The notes: generated by a model from the letters alone, not told the origin. Positions 28,309-37,259 are shown, counted from the first letter of the stretch. The stretch: DNA of 64,000 nt from Candidatus Aenigmatarchaeota archaeon (GCA_046537845.1 JBKHKA010000002.1:67152-131151), one strand, 5' to 3'. Translations and numbers: made by a program.

Positions 28309-29973
28309 TTAATCCTCTTGTTCCAACTCTTTTTCCTTCTCTTTTACTTTCTCTATTTTTTCTGAGAGTTCCTCTCTCCTCTCCTTCAAGTTCTTTTTTA
28401 TCTTGTCCACTTTTTCTTCTTTCTCTTTAAGTTCGGATTCTTTTTCTTCCAATCCTTCCTCTTTCTCTTCTAGTTCTCCATTTTTTCTTTCATATTCTTC
28501 CTTTATCCTTTTCACTTCCTCCTCATCCTTTTCAAGGGCTTCTTCCCTTTCCGTCAATTCATCTTCTCTTTCTTCCAATTTATCTTCTTTCTCTTGGAGT
28601 TTGGCTTTGGTCTCTTTCAGGTTTTCCTTTCTCTTCTCTAGATTGTCATATTCTTCTTCTAACTCAGATTCCCTAGAATCCAACTTTTTCTTTTTCTCTT
28701 CTATAGATTCTTTTTCTTCCTCTATTTTATCTTCTCGTTCAGCTAACTTTCCTTCTCTCTGGTCCAATCTTTCTTTTTCCTTTTTGAGTTCATCTTCTTT
28801 TTCTGATATCTGCTTTTCTCTCTCCCCTAACTGCTCTTTCTTATTTTCTAATTCCTCTTTTAGGGAGTCCAAACTTTCCCTTTCTTTTTCAACCTTTTCT
28901 TCTCTTTCCTCTAACTCTTCCCTTTCCTGTTTGAGCTCATCTCTTTTTTCTTCAAACTGACGTTCGATTTCCTCTTCTCTTTCATCTAATTTTTTCTCTT
29001 TTTCCTCCAACTCATTTTCTTTCTCGTCGAGCTCTCGGACCTTTTGGTCAAGATCATTTCTTTTTTCATCCAATCTATTCTGCTCCCCTTGAAGCTCTTT
29101 TTCTCTATCTTTTAGTTCAGATCTTTTTTTATCCAGTTCTCCGAGTTCCCGTTCGATCTCTCTTCGCTTTTCTTCCACCTCCTTTTCTCTTTCCTCTAGC
29201 CCAGCTTCCTTCTGTTCCAGCTCTTCTTCCTTTTCCTTCAAATCGATCTTCTTTATATCCAGCCTCTCTTTTTCATCTTGGATCGACTTCTTTTGCTTCT
29301 CAAGTTCCTCCTTTAGTTCAGCTAATCCTCTTTCTTTTTCCTCCAGATTTTTTTCTTGTTTAATCAGGTCTTCTCTTCTTTTTTCGATATCTTTTCTATC
29401 CTCGTCAATTTTTCTCAGCTTATTTTCTATCTCTTTTTCTCTTTCATCCAAGCTCTTTCTTCTTGCTTCCAATCCTTCTTTTTCTGACTCGAGCTCTTCT
29501 CTCTCCTTTTTTAATTCCTCTTCCTTTTTTTCTAGGTCCCGAGTTTTTTGTTCTATCTCCTGTTTATCTTTCTCTACCCTCCTTTTTTCCTTCTCAAACT
29601 CCTTCCGCTCTTCTTCGAGATTTTTTCGTTCTTTTTCGATCCTGTTTTCCTCCTCTTTAACCGCCTGCAACTTTTCTCCCACTTCATCCATCTTTTCAAA
29701 ATATTCTTCTTTCTTATCTTCCACTTCAGCTTCTTTCTCTTCCAACTCAGATCTTTCTTTTTCTAACTCCTCACTTTTTTCTTCAAGCTCTTCTTCCCTT
29801 TGTCTAAGGGCCTTGCTCCACTTTTGAAGGCGTTGCTCTTCCTTATCGAGTTCTTTTTTCCTGTTCTCGATCTTCCTTTTTTCTTCATCTATATTTCGCA
29901 ATTTTTCTTGGAACTTGTCCAGTTCCGATCCTGGCCCTGTATTAGAGCTCTTTTTTTCTTCGTTAGGAACCAA
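28309..29973 (-). CDS. 554-aa E/K-rich continuous coiled-coil / charged-helix protein
   Basis: Essentially the whole ORF is E, K, R, L and D in heptad-like repeats (e.g. EEKEKKLDEREEEIERQFEEKRDELKQEREELEE). No TM segment or globular motif. The antisense ORFs are S/F-rich mirror artefacts. Confidence 0.75.
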   Translation of the reverse strand: MVPNEEKKSSNTGPGSELDKFQEKLRNIDEEKRKIENRKKELDKEEQRLQKWSKALRQREEELEEKSEELEKERSELEEKEAEVEDKKEEYFEKMDEVGEKLQAVKEEENRIEKERKNLEEERKEFEKEKRRVEKDKQEIEQKTRDLEKKEEELKKEREELESEKEGLEARRKSLDEREKEIENKLRKIDEDRKDIEKRREDLIKQEKNLEEKERGLAELKEELEKQKKSIQDEKERLDIKKIDLKEKEEELEQKEAGLEEREKEVEEKRREIERELGELDKKRSELKDREKELQGEQNRLDEKRNDLDQKVRELDEKENELEEKEKKLDEREEEIERQFEEKRDELKQEREELEEREEKVEKERESLDSLKEELENKKEQLGEREKQISEKEDELKKEKERLDQREGKLAEREDKIEEEKESIEEKKKKLDSRESELEEEYDNLEKRKENLKETKAKLQEKEDKLEEREDELTEREEALEKDEEEVKRIKEEYERKNGELEEKEEGLEEKESELKEKEEKVDKIKKNLKERREELSEKIEKVKEKEKELEQED

Positions 29974-30278
29974 TTTTTATATCCTCCGTTTTTGATTAAA
30001 GAAGTTGCCTATTCAATCCTAATGACACGTCTATATTTAATGTTTATCGAGAAGGATATTAATATAATATATAATAATCCTTTTATTTAAACTGAAAAAC
30101 CTATAGTGAAATTTTAAAACCTATTTAAAATGGAAGAGCCACTGGCAAGGATCGAACCCAATATCATACAGCCGTATTAATATATTTTGCGATACCAGTC
30201 GCACTCGTTCTAGGCCTTTTACTTGTTCCTAAAGTATTTGTAGCGGCTTATCGATCTGGTTCTGAAGTTGATGAGTCT

Positions 30279-30629
30279 ATGAAAGGAAGACTTTTGATCT
30301 TCGCTATCATCCTTTCCCTGCTACTCAGCGTAATACTTGTAAAGGCTGGGATAGGAATAGGTATTATAATAGGAATTTTCGTGATCTTGGCAGCGGGTTT
30401 AGCCGGTATAGCTTACCTAATGAAAGGTGGCGAAGAAATCGGATCTGAGACGGAAGAAGAGAAGTTCAGGTATGAAGACCGCAAAGAAGCTCGAACGACC
30501 GCGTTGGGATGTTACGGGCCCGAGGCGGAAGAGGAGAAGTTTGGACATTATGAAGAACCCCCTCCTCAAAAATCCCACCAGCGGGAACGATCGGAACAAA
30601 CCCAACAAGACAATCCGGGCTGTGAGTAG
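30279..30629 (+). CDS. Small membrane protein (2 TM) with charged tail, hypothetical
   Basis: LLIFAIILSLLLSVILV and IGIIIGIFVILAAGLAGIAYL followed by an E-rich tail. Weak support. Confidence 0.4.
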   Translation: MKGRLLIFAIILSLLLSVILVKAGIGIGIIIGIFVILAAGLAGIAYLMKGGEEIGSETEEEKFRYEDRKEARTTALGCYGPEAEEEKFGHYEEPPPQKSHQRERSEQTQQDNPGCE

Positions 30630-30834
30630 CATCTTTTGGGAGCGTTCGTAGCTGCGGTAATCTACTGCTGGAAAAAAGAGAAGACCAACGAGGAAAAGAC
30701 CACTTCTCTAATATCGTTAGAAGTTTACAGCAAGTTTGAAAACCATAGTTTGTATACAAATTTGCGTTAGGTTCCCTTTTAGAATCCAGGGGAATACAAA
30801 TATAAAAGTCGGCTTAAGTGGACGGTAATGATGA

Positions 30835-30908
30835 AGCCACCGGTGGGATTTGAACCCACGACCTGCTGATTACAAGTCAGCCGCTCTGCCGAACTAAGCT
30901 ACGGTGGC
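30835..30908 (-). tRNA. tRNA-Thr (anticodon UGU)
   Basis: Minus strand: GCCACCG TA GCTT AGTTCGGCA GAGC G GCTGA CTTGTAA TCAGC AGGTC GTGGG TTCAAAT CCCAC CGGTGGC T. It folds by hand as a cloverleaf. No intron and no encoded CCA. Confidence 0.9.
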
Positions 30909-30965
30909 GAGTGGAACGAGGCACCTAGCGTGTGAGGCAGCTGTTTGGAACTTTGTTCCGATGGG

Positions 30966-30999
30966 CTGCCGAACTAAGCTACGGTGGCGAATGGAACGA
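30966..30999 (-). repeat. Duplicated copy of the tRNA-Thr leader plus first 23 nt of the tRNA
   Basis: 30966-30999 matches 30886-30919 at 33 of 34 positions (ctgccgaactaagctacggtggcgaRtggaacga). The copy lies 80 bp upstream of the tRNA in its own orientation. Confidence 0.9.
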
Positions 31000-31236
31000 A
31001 ATGAGGAATCTGCTCTCTTTTTAGATGTTGTACATCCACCTATCAACATCTGTAAAATAAACCTTCCGGCGAGCTTTCACCTCCGCCTGAAATATCCCTG
31101 AGTCAAACCAACCACCGAAAGTGATATATGTAAGACGCTAACTAATATGTACTACAACTATAACTTATTCAAAGAAAAAGTATCGAAGATTATAATCCGT
31201 GGAAAATGTTTATATAGTCCCCTTTACGTATATATT

Positions 31237-31289
31237 ATGTCCTACATTCGCCTTAGATATGTGCGACATAATGTCGTAATGTAGGACAT
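31237..31289. promoter_or_regulatory. Three ATGT-N3-ACAT palindromic boxes upstream of the RHH gene (putative autoregulatory operator)
   Basis: atgtcctacat (31237-47), atgtgcgacat (31259-69) and atgtaggacat (31279-89). Boxes 1 and 3 are exact reverse complements. Starts are spaced 22 and 20 bp. TATA-like tttatata lies at 31209-16. Confidence 0.6.
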
Positions 31290-31313
31290 TCGTCTGATTA
31301 AGGTGCTCACACG

Positions 31314-31703
31314 ATGGAAAAGAAAATATCTCTGCGGGTGTCCGACGAGGACCTGGAAGTCATCGACTCCTTCATAGCAAGGCATGACTTCAACAACAGA
31401 TCGGAATTTTTAAGAGAAGCGGCTCTAGATTATATCGAGAGATACAGCGAACCCAAAGGACAGGAAGAAGTACCGGAAAGGATCAAGCTCCCCAAGAGAC
31501 TCAAGAACAACATTTGGTATCTCATCAAGATGGGGCACTACAACGACTGGCAGGACGCTATCCACGAACTCGTTAGAGAAGGGCTTCTAAAAGAAGATAT
31601 GGAAAAACTGGAAAGGCAGTATGATGCAGTCGACTCTCTGAGCAGCAAAGTGGAGACTTTCAAAAGTTTTGCTGAAGAAGAAAATGAATACATGAAAAAG
31701 TGA
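31314..31703 (+). CDS. Ribbon-helix-helix (CopG/Arc-type) DNA-binding protein with helical C-terminal extension
   Basis: N-terminal KKISLRVSDEDLEVIDSFIARHDFNNRSEFLREAALDYI is a typical RHH strand-helix-helix. Sits immediately upstream of an FtsZ-family gene. Confidence 0.75.
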   Translation: MEKKISLRVSDEDLEVIDSFIARHDFNNRSEFLREAALDYIERYSEPKGQEEVPERIKLPKRLKNNIWYLIKMGHYNDWQDAIHELVREGLLKEDMEKLERQYDAVDSLSSKVETFKSFAEEENEYMKK

Positions 31704-31753
31704 TACCCACCTTATATAGGATGAAAAGACCCCCTAACCGGAGGAAAGTATAT

Positions 31754-32629
31754 ATGGATGCAAAAAGCCCCGAATACCCTTCGCCCGAAAGCGAATTCCT
31801 CGATAGTAGAGCTGAGGACATAGTGGATGCACTCCTCTACGAACCGAACCTACACGTGATAGGTGTAGGCGGCTGCGGCTGTAACACCATAGAACACATC
31901 ACCGACAAAGAGATGGACAACGTGAAAACGATAGCCGTGAATACAGATGAAAAAGTACTTGAAGATATGAATGCGGATAGGCAGATGCTGATAGGAAAAG
32001 AATTGACCGACGGAAAAGGAGCCAACGGAGATCCAAAGATAGGAAAAAGAGCGGCACAAAAGAGTGAAGAGCAGTTGTTGAAAACGATAGACGAATCGGA
32101 CATGGTGGTTATAGTTGCTGGATTAGGAGGGGGCACCGGTAGTGGTGCTTCCAAAGTGATCGCGGACCTAGCAAGAAGGAACGGCAAGATGGTCTTCACC
32201 TATGCGGTGATGCCCTTCTCTGTAGAAGGAGAAAAGAGGCAAAACAGAGCTGAAAAAATGCTAGACCAGTTGTCAAAATTGAGCCATGCAACTACCGTCT
32301 TCGACAATGACAAAACATTGAGCAATGGTAGCCGATCGATGAAAGATGCCTTCGCCATGGCGGACAAAATGCTCTATAAAGTGGTCCAAAACTTGCGGAT
32401 GGATTATATCACGGAATTCTTTGGGGAGATAGGGCTAGATGCGATGGACTTGTCTGAAACCATTTCTGAAGTTGAATATGAAGAAGAAGGAAAGAAAGTA
32501 AATGAGCCTCCCGTCCTCGAGGCATTGAAATTTGTAGAGGCGAATGCAGACCAGGAAGAGGATGAACAAGTCGAGGAAAACATGGAAGAACCCAAGTTAG
32601 ATGATTTCCTTGAAAATTATATGCACTGA
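31754..32629 (+). CDS. Short FtsZ/tubulin-superfamily GTPase lacking the C-terminal subdomain, with acidic tail
   Basis: T1 GVGGCGCN. Tubulin signature GLGGGTGSG. VFDNDK. H7-like MKDAFAMADKMLYKVV. T7-like GEIGLDAMDL. The protein then ends in an acidic tail finishing KLDDFLENYMH. GGAGGA lies 9 nt before ATG 31754. An alternative GTG at 31700 overlaps the RHH stop. Confidence 0.8.
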   Translation: MDAKSPEYPSPESEFLDSRAEDIVDALLYEPNLHVIGVGGCGCNTIEHITDKEMDNVKTIAVNTDEKVLEDMNADRQMLIGKELTDGKGANGDPKIGKRAAQKSEEQLLKTIDESDMVVIVAGLGGGTGSGASKVIADLARRNGKMVFTYAVMPFSVEGEKRQNRAEKMLDQLSKLSHATTVFDNDKTLSNGSRSMKDAFAMADKMLYKVVQNLRMDYITEFFGEIGLDAMDLSETISEVEYEEEGKKVNEPPVLEALKFVEANADQEEDEQVEENMEEPKLDDFLENYMH

Positions 32630-32771
32630 GTTCTCCTGAACCCCCTTCTTCTTCTCTTTTTATTACTTTTATTTTTTGAAAATATTAGTTTTACTGTAGT
32701 CGTTTGTTTAGAAGCTTGTTTTTCACTATCGATCTTTTGAGGAAATTTTCACCTGTAAGGTTGTTAGAGCA

Positions 32772-33182
32772 TCATCTGCTCCTACTTATAGGAGTATGCT
32801 CGCTGATCTTCACCTCTACCTCTTCGGGATCTCGATCCCAACTTTCTTTCGCATATTCGGTTTCGACGATAGTCGTAATCCCACCCCTTATGTTCCAATC
32901 GCCTCTGACCCTCATAAAATTAGGTTTGACCTTCTCAACGAGGTCCTTCAATATCTTGTTGGTCGCGGTTTCATGATAGATCTCCTTATCTCTATAATCC
33001 ACGAAATAATATTTCAGGGATTTCAATTCGATGAGCTTTTCATCCGGCACATAAATTATAGATATGGTGGCAAAATCTGGCTGGTCGGGTTTCCCGGGAC
33101 ATAAACAGGTGAACTCAGGACAGATTATCCTTATCTTATATTCTTCATCTGTATACTCATTTTCTATGGTCTCTAACTCCAT
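32772..33182 (-). CDS. queF: QueF-family (T-fold) protein: preQ0 reductase or archaeal QueF-like archaeosine enzyme
   Basis: CPEFTCLCPGKPDQPDFATISIIY and ELKSLKYYFVDYRDKEIYHE motifs. Start moved to ATG 33182 (MELETIENEY); the ORF track extends to 33257. Confidence 0.7.
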   Translation of the reverse strand: MELETIENEYTDEEYKIRIICPEFTCLCPGKPDQPDFATISIIYVPDEKLIELKSLKYYFVDYRDKEIYHETATNKILKDLVEKVKPNFMRVRGDWNIRGGITTIVETEYAKESWDRDPEEVEVKISEHTPISRSR

Positions 33183-33335
33183 GATATCATCCTGTAAAAG
33201 TAAATTCTTCGATAATAACTCTTTCCGTATACATGGGCAATATGGTCGTTTCTTCAATAAAAATTTAAATAGTGCTGGTAGTCATATGGTAGTCCTCAGA
33301 TCATATCGAGAGCTATAGAATGAAAAGTGATAATC

Positions 33336-34283
33336 ATGAAAACCGCTACAGTAGCTTTGGGTGGCAATTCCTTGATCAGACCTGAAGATCGAGGCACTGC
33401 AGAAGAACAGTTCAAAAGGATCAAAAGGACCTGTGAGAAGTTGGGGGACATGATATCTGAGGGCTATGAACTCGTCCTGACCCACGGGAACGGTCCCCAA
33501 GTGGGAAATATCCTTCTTCAAAACGAGCTCGCTTCTGCTGAAGTCCCTGCTCTCCCTCTAGACGTGTGTGGGGCGGAATCTCAGGGCCAGATAGGCTATA
33601 TGTTTCAGCAAACTTTAGGTAATGAACTGAGCCGTCGTGGGATAGATAAGGTCATATCCAGTATAATAACTCAGGTGGTAGTGGATAAAGGTGATCCTGC
33701 CTTTGCCAATCCAACAAAATTCATCGGGCCGTATTATTCAGAAGAAGAAGCGGAAAAGAAAAAAAAAGAGAGAAACTGGATCATAAAGGAAACTTCAAAT
33801 GGTAAATACAGGAGAGTCGTTCCCTCTCCAGAACCACAAAGGATAGTAGAATCTGATATCATCCAGGACCTGATATTCGCCGAAAAAAATGATTATATCG
33901 TCATCGGTGCTGGTGGGGGCGGCGTGCCCGTTGTCGAAGAGGATGGAAATTTGAAAGGAGTCGAAGGCGTTATCGATAAAGACAAAGCTACGGCGGTCTT
34001 AGCCTCCCAGATCCAAGAATCATTCTTGATACTCCTCACCAATGTGGAAAGAGTGTATCTCAATTTTGGGGAAGAAAACGAAGAGTCCATCCAAGAGATG
34101 ACTGCTGAAGAAGCCGAAAGGTATCTGAACGAAGGCCATTTTCCCGCCGGAAGTATGGGTCCAAAGATAAAAGCCTCCATCGACTTTTTGGAAAAAGGTG
34201 GGGAAAAGGTATTGATAACTGCACCAGAACGACTCCTAAAAGCATTAGATGGAAAGACTGGCACCTATATATATTCGAGGTGA
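33336..34283 (+). CDS. arcC: Carbamate kinase
   Basis: ALGGNSL...LTHGNGPQVGNILLQ, GQIGYM and GAGGGGVPV blocks. Confidence 0.85.
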   Translation: MKTATVALGGNSLIRPEDRGTAEEQFKRIKRTCEKLGDMISEGYELVLTHGNGPQVGNILLQNELASAEVPALPLDVCGAESQGQIGYMFQQTLGNELSRRGIDKVISSIITQVVVDKGDPAFANPTKFIGPYYSEEEAEKKKKERNWIIKETSNGKYRRVVPSPEPQRIVESDIIQDLIFAEKNDYIVIGAGGGGVPVVEEDGNLKGVEGVIDKDKATAVLASQIQESFLILLTNVERVYLNFGEENEESIQEMTAEEAERYLNEGHFPAGSMGPKIKASIDFLEKGGEKVLITAPERLLKALDGKTGTYIYSR

Positions 34284-34287
34284 TAGG

Positions 34288-35418
34288 GTGAAAGGAACTG
34301 AAAGGGTAGAAGGACTCAGCGAGTCTGTGATAAGAGAGATGACCAGAAAGGCGAAAAGACACGATGCTATCAACCTTTCCCAAGGATATCCCGATTTTCC
34401 AACACACAAGAAAGTTTTAGATGCGGCGAAAGAAGCTATCGATTCCGGATACAATCAATATTCCATAACATGGGGCAGAGAAGAACTCAGAAAGAATATC
34501 GGGAAAAAATTAGCCGATTTTAACGAGCTGGATTATGATCCAAAATTTGAGATAACTATCACTTGTGGTTCCAGTGAAGCTATAATGGCGACCATGCTCG
34601 GCCTTATAGAACCCGGAGACGAGGTATTGATATTTCAGCCTTTCTATGAAAACTATGTTCCAGCGATTTCGATGGCTTCTGGAAAGCCCGTATTTTCCAC
34701 CATAAGTAGGGATCAAGAGTTCGATCGGGAAGATGTGAAGGGAAAAGTGGGAAAAGATACCAAAGCTATACTGGTTAACACTCCACATAATCCAACGGGC
34801 AAGGTTTTTACTCAAAGCGATCTCAGATTTTTGAGAGACCTCTGTGTAGATCACGATGTTTATGCATTTACAGATGAGATGTATGAAAGGATGATATATG
34901 ATGGAAAACACATCTCACTCGCCTCGTTAGATGATATGTGGGAAAGAACAGTGACCATCGGCGGATTCTCCAAGGTCTACTCCATAACTGGATGGAGAGT
35001 GGGATATGCCGCCGCTCCAAAACAGTTGATGAAGCCCATAAGGAAAGTGCACGATTACACCACTGTGTGTGCACCTACGCCCTTCCAGTATGGAGCCATC
35101 CAGGCTTTAGATTTGCCCGAAAATTATTACGAAGAGATGCTGAGGTATTACCGAAGAGCTCGTGATTTTGTTTACGCGGCTTTGGAAAAAACAAAGATGG
35201 AACCATCCAACCCCCAGGGTGCTTATTACATGTTGGCGGACATAAGCGAGTATGGGATGGATGACAAAGAATTCTCGGATCACCTGGTGAAAGAAAAAGG
35301 TGTCGCGGTAGTCCCCGGCTCATCTTTTTATGAGGAAGGCGGTAAAAATTTGGTCAGATTCTGCTTCTCCCAAGATATGGACCTGCTAAAAGAGGCGATG
35401 GAGAGGATCAAAGAATGA
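34288..35418 (+). CDS. Class I/II PLP-dependent aminotransferase (aspartate/kynurenine aminotransferase-like)
   Basis: INLSQGYPDFP, NTPHNPTGKVF and FSKVYSITGWRVGY (Lys for PLP). GAGGTGAT SD lies directly upstream of GTG 34288, just after the carbamate kinase stop. The ORF-track ATG 34249 would overlap that gene by 35 nt. Confidence 0.8.
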   Translation: MKGTERVEGLSESVIREMTRKAKRHDAINLSQGYPDFPTHKKVLDAAKEAIDSGYNQYSITWGREELRKNIGKKLADFNELDYDPKFEITITCGSSEAIMATMLGLIEPGDEVLIFQPFYENYVPAISMASGKPVFSTISRDQEFDREDVKGKVGKDTKAILVNTPHNPTGKVFTQSDLRFLRDLCVDHDVYAFTDEMYERMIYDGKHISLASLDDMWERTVTIGGFSKVYSITGWRVGYAAAPKQLMKPIRKVHDYTTVCAPTPFQYGAIQALDLPENYYEEMLRYYRRARDFVYAALEKTKMEPSNPQGAYYMLADISEYGMDDKEFSDHLVKEKGVAVVPGSSFYEEGGKNLVRFCFSQDMDLLKEAMERIKE

Positions 35419-35424
35419 TACCGA

Positions 35425-35946
35425 TCATTCCAAAAGGTCGCCAGGTTCTCTGAACTCCCCTCCCCAATAAAGTATCGACTTTTCTCTTTGAAAATCTTCT
35501 GACTTTTTTGCGTTCATCACTTCTCCCACGAACCAGTGATGATCTCCTGTTTCGATCTGCTTTTTCACCTTACATTCCAATATCAAGGGAAATTCCTTCA
35601 CCCCTGGAACTTCGATGGTTTCACATCGTTCCTTCGTCAGATCGAATCTTTTGAATTTATCAATGTCTCTTCCTGAAGTACTTCCACATCCTTTTATCTC
35701 CTCCAGCATGCCGCTGTGGGGAACATTGACCGTGAACTCTTCGTATTCTTCTAGTAAGCCGAAGGAATGCCTTTTGGGTGAGATGCCTGTGCCGACCATC
35801 GGCGGATCTATAGAAAAAACATGGATCATCGCAGCGGTGATGAGATTGGCTTCTTCTCCCTTTCCAGTTCCGATAAGTACCGTAGGGAAATGAGGTAAAA
35901 ATTTGATCCCATCTTTTGGTGACAATGTTTCTTTCATAATCTTCAA
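35425..35946 (-). CDS. Flavin reductase-like FMN-binding (split-barrel) protein
   Basis: FPTVLIGTGKGEEANLITAAMIHVFSIDPPMVGTGISPKRHSFGLL is typical of the Flavin_Reduct domain. Confidence 0.7.
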   Translation of the reverse strand: MKIMKETLSPKDGIKFLPHFPTVLIGTGKGEEANLITAAMIHVFSIDPPMVGTGISPKRHSFGLLEEYEEFTVNVPHSGMLEEIKGCGSTSGRDIDKFKRFDLTKERCETIEVPGVKEFPLILECKVKKQIETGDHHWFVGEVMNAKKSEDFQREKSILYWGGEFREPGDLLE

Positions 35947-36014
35947 TCTTCCACCTGATTTAATAATGTTTTGAGGTCTAAGAACTTATATATCATATCT
36001 TCATAAGCCCAAGT

Positions 36015-37259
36015 ATGATAGAGAGACCACGTGGTACAAGAGACCTTGAGCCGGATCAGATGGAATCGAGGAGGAAGTTGGAAACCCTTCTTAGAAGGGA
36101 AGCTGAAAGTTTCGGATATAGAGAGGTTCTGACCCCGACCTTTGAACATGTAGACCTTTTTTTAGAAAAATCCGGTCCGTCCATAGTTGAGGAGATCTAT
36201 TCCTTTGAAGACAAGGGTGGAAGGGAATTAGCCTTGAGGCCCGAGTTCACAGCTTCTGTTATGAGGATGTATGCGGGAAGTCTGAAGGGAGAACCAAAAC
36301 CTCTAAAATTGTACTATTTCGGTCCGGCTTTTAGATACGAGAGACCGCAGTCCGGAAGATACCGCGAATTCTGGCATTTCGGTACGGAACTGATAGGTGC
36401 GGAAACCCCTCAAGCCGATGCCGAAAATATAGCTTTAGCTTACAACTGCATCAAAAAGACGGGTCTGGATGAAGTGAGCGTCAGGATTTCTAATCTTCAG
36501 ATATTGGAAGGATACCTGAAAGAGAAAGGTATAGGCAGGGATGAAAGAGAGGAACTATACCATCTCATCGATAAAGAGGAAGAGACAGAAGATATCTTGG
36601 GGCAGTTCGAACTAGAGGGCGAATTCATCGACCTCTTAGATGCCTCTTTCGAAAACATACCACAGTATCTTGAAAATCCTGAGCATCATTCCTACCTTAA
36701 AGAAGTGACCGAGTATCTTTCTTTTTATGGTATCGACGAAGAAGATTACGTGGTGGATCTCCGGACAGTGAGGGGTCTAGATTATTATAAAGGGGTGGTC
36801 TTCGAGATAGATGCTGAAAAACTCGGCGCTGAGAAACAGATATGTGGCGGAGGTGATTATGATCTAGGGGATGTTTTCAACACCGAGGTGTCTTCTAAGG
36901 GATTCGCCATCGGTTTCGACAGGCTGCACCTAGCGATGGAACAGGAAGGAAAAGGTTTTGAAAGAGAGAGAAAAGGCTGCTTTATTATACCAATCGGAGA
37001 AGAGATGAAAAAACCCGCCTACGAAGTACTTTCTACCCTTAGAGAGAACGATGTCAGGACCGACATCGATCTGAAAGAAAGGAACATCGGTAAAGCGTTG
37101 GGTTACGCGGACAAAAGTGACTTCAGATATTGTATATTGGTAGGTGAAGAAGAGATAGAAAAAAGTGAACTGGCCTTAAAAGATATGAAAACAGGTGGTC
37201 AGAAGAATATAAAAAAGGGTAACATATTGAAGGTGTTGAATGATGGACCTGAAATTTGA
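36015..37259 (+). CDS. hisS: Histidyl-tRNA synthetase
   Basis: RPRGTRD, ALRPEFTASVMR, FRYERPQSGRYREFWHFGTELIG and GGGDYD (class II motifs plus His-specific blocks). Confidence 0.9.
   Translation: MIERPRGTRDLEPDQMESRRKLETLLRREAESFGYREVLTPTFEHVDLFLEKSGPSIVEEIYSFEDKGGRELALRPEFTASVMRMYAGSLKGEPKPLKLYYFGPAFRYERPQSGRYREFWHFGTELIGAETPQADAENIALAYNCIKKTGLDEVSVRISNLQILEGYLKEKGIGRDEREELYHLIDKEEETEDILGQFELEGEFIDLLDASFENIPQYLENPEHHSYLKEVTEYLSFYGIDEEDYVVDLRTVRGLDYYKGVVFEIDAEKLGAEKQICGGGDYDLGDVFNTEVSSKGFAIGFDRLHLAMEQEGKGFERERKGCFIIPIGEEMKKPAYEVLSTLRENDVRTDIDLKERNIGKALGYADKSDFRYCILVGEEEIEKSELALKDMKTGGQKNIKKGNILKVLNDGPEI

Noticed and set aside
28403-28960. 185-aa S/F-rich plus-strand ORF (and similar ORFs at 29463-30090)
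   Set aside because: These are mirror-image artefacts of the GAA/AAG-rich coiled-coil gene on the minus strand. They have no start context or motifs.
28309-29973. Periodic DNA repetition that might suggest a CRISPR array or satellite
   Set aside because: The repeats are imperfect, lack the unique-spacer structure of a CRISPR array, and are fully explained by one long open reading frame encoding E/K heptads. No cas genes are present in the window.
30826-30870. C-box-like ATGATGA (30828-34) with a CTGA ~30 nt downstream, suggesting a C/D box sRNA
   Set aside because: The candidate would lie antisense inside tRNA-Thr. There are no C'/D' boxes or terminal stem, and the short motifs are expected by chance.
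30904-31101. 65-aa plus-strand ORF
   Set aside because: It lies antisense across the tRNA-Thr leader duplication and promoter region. It has no motifs or start signal.
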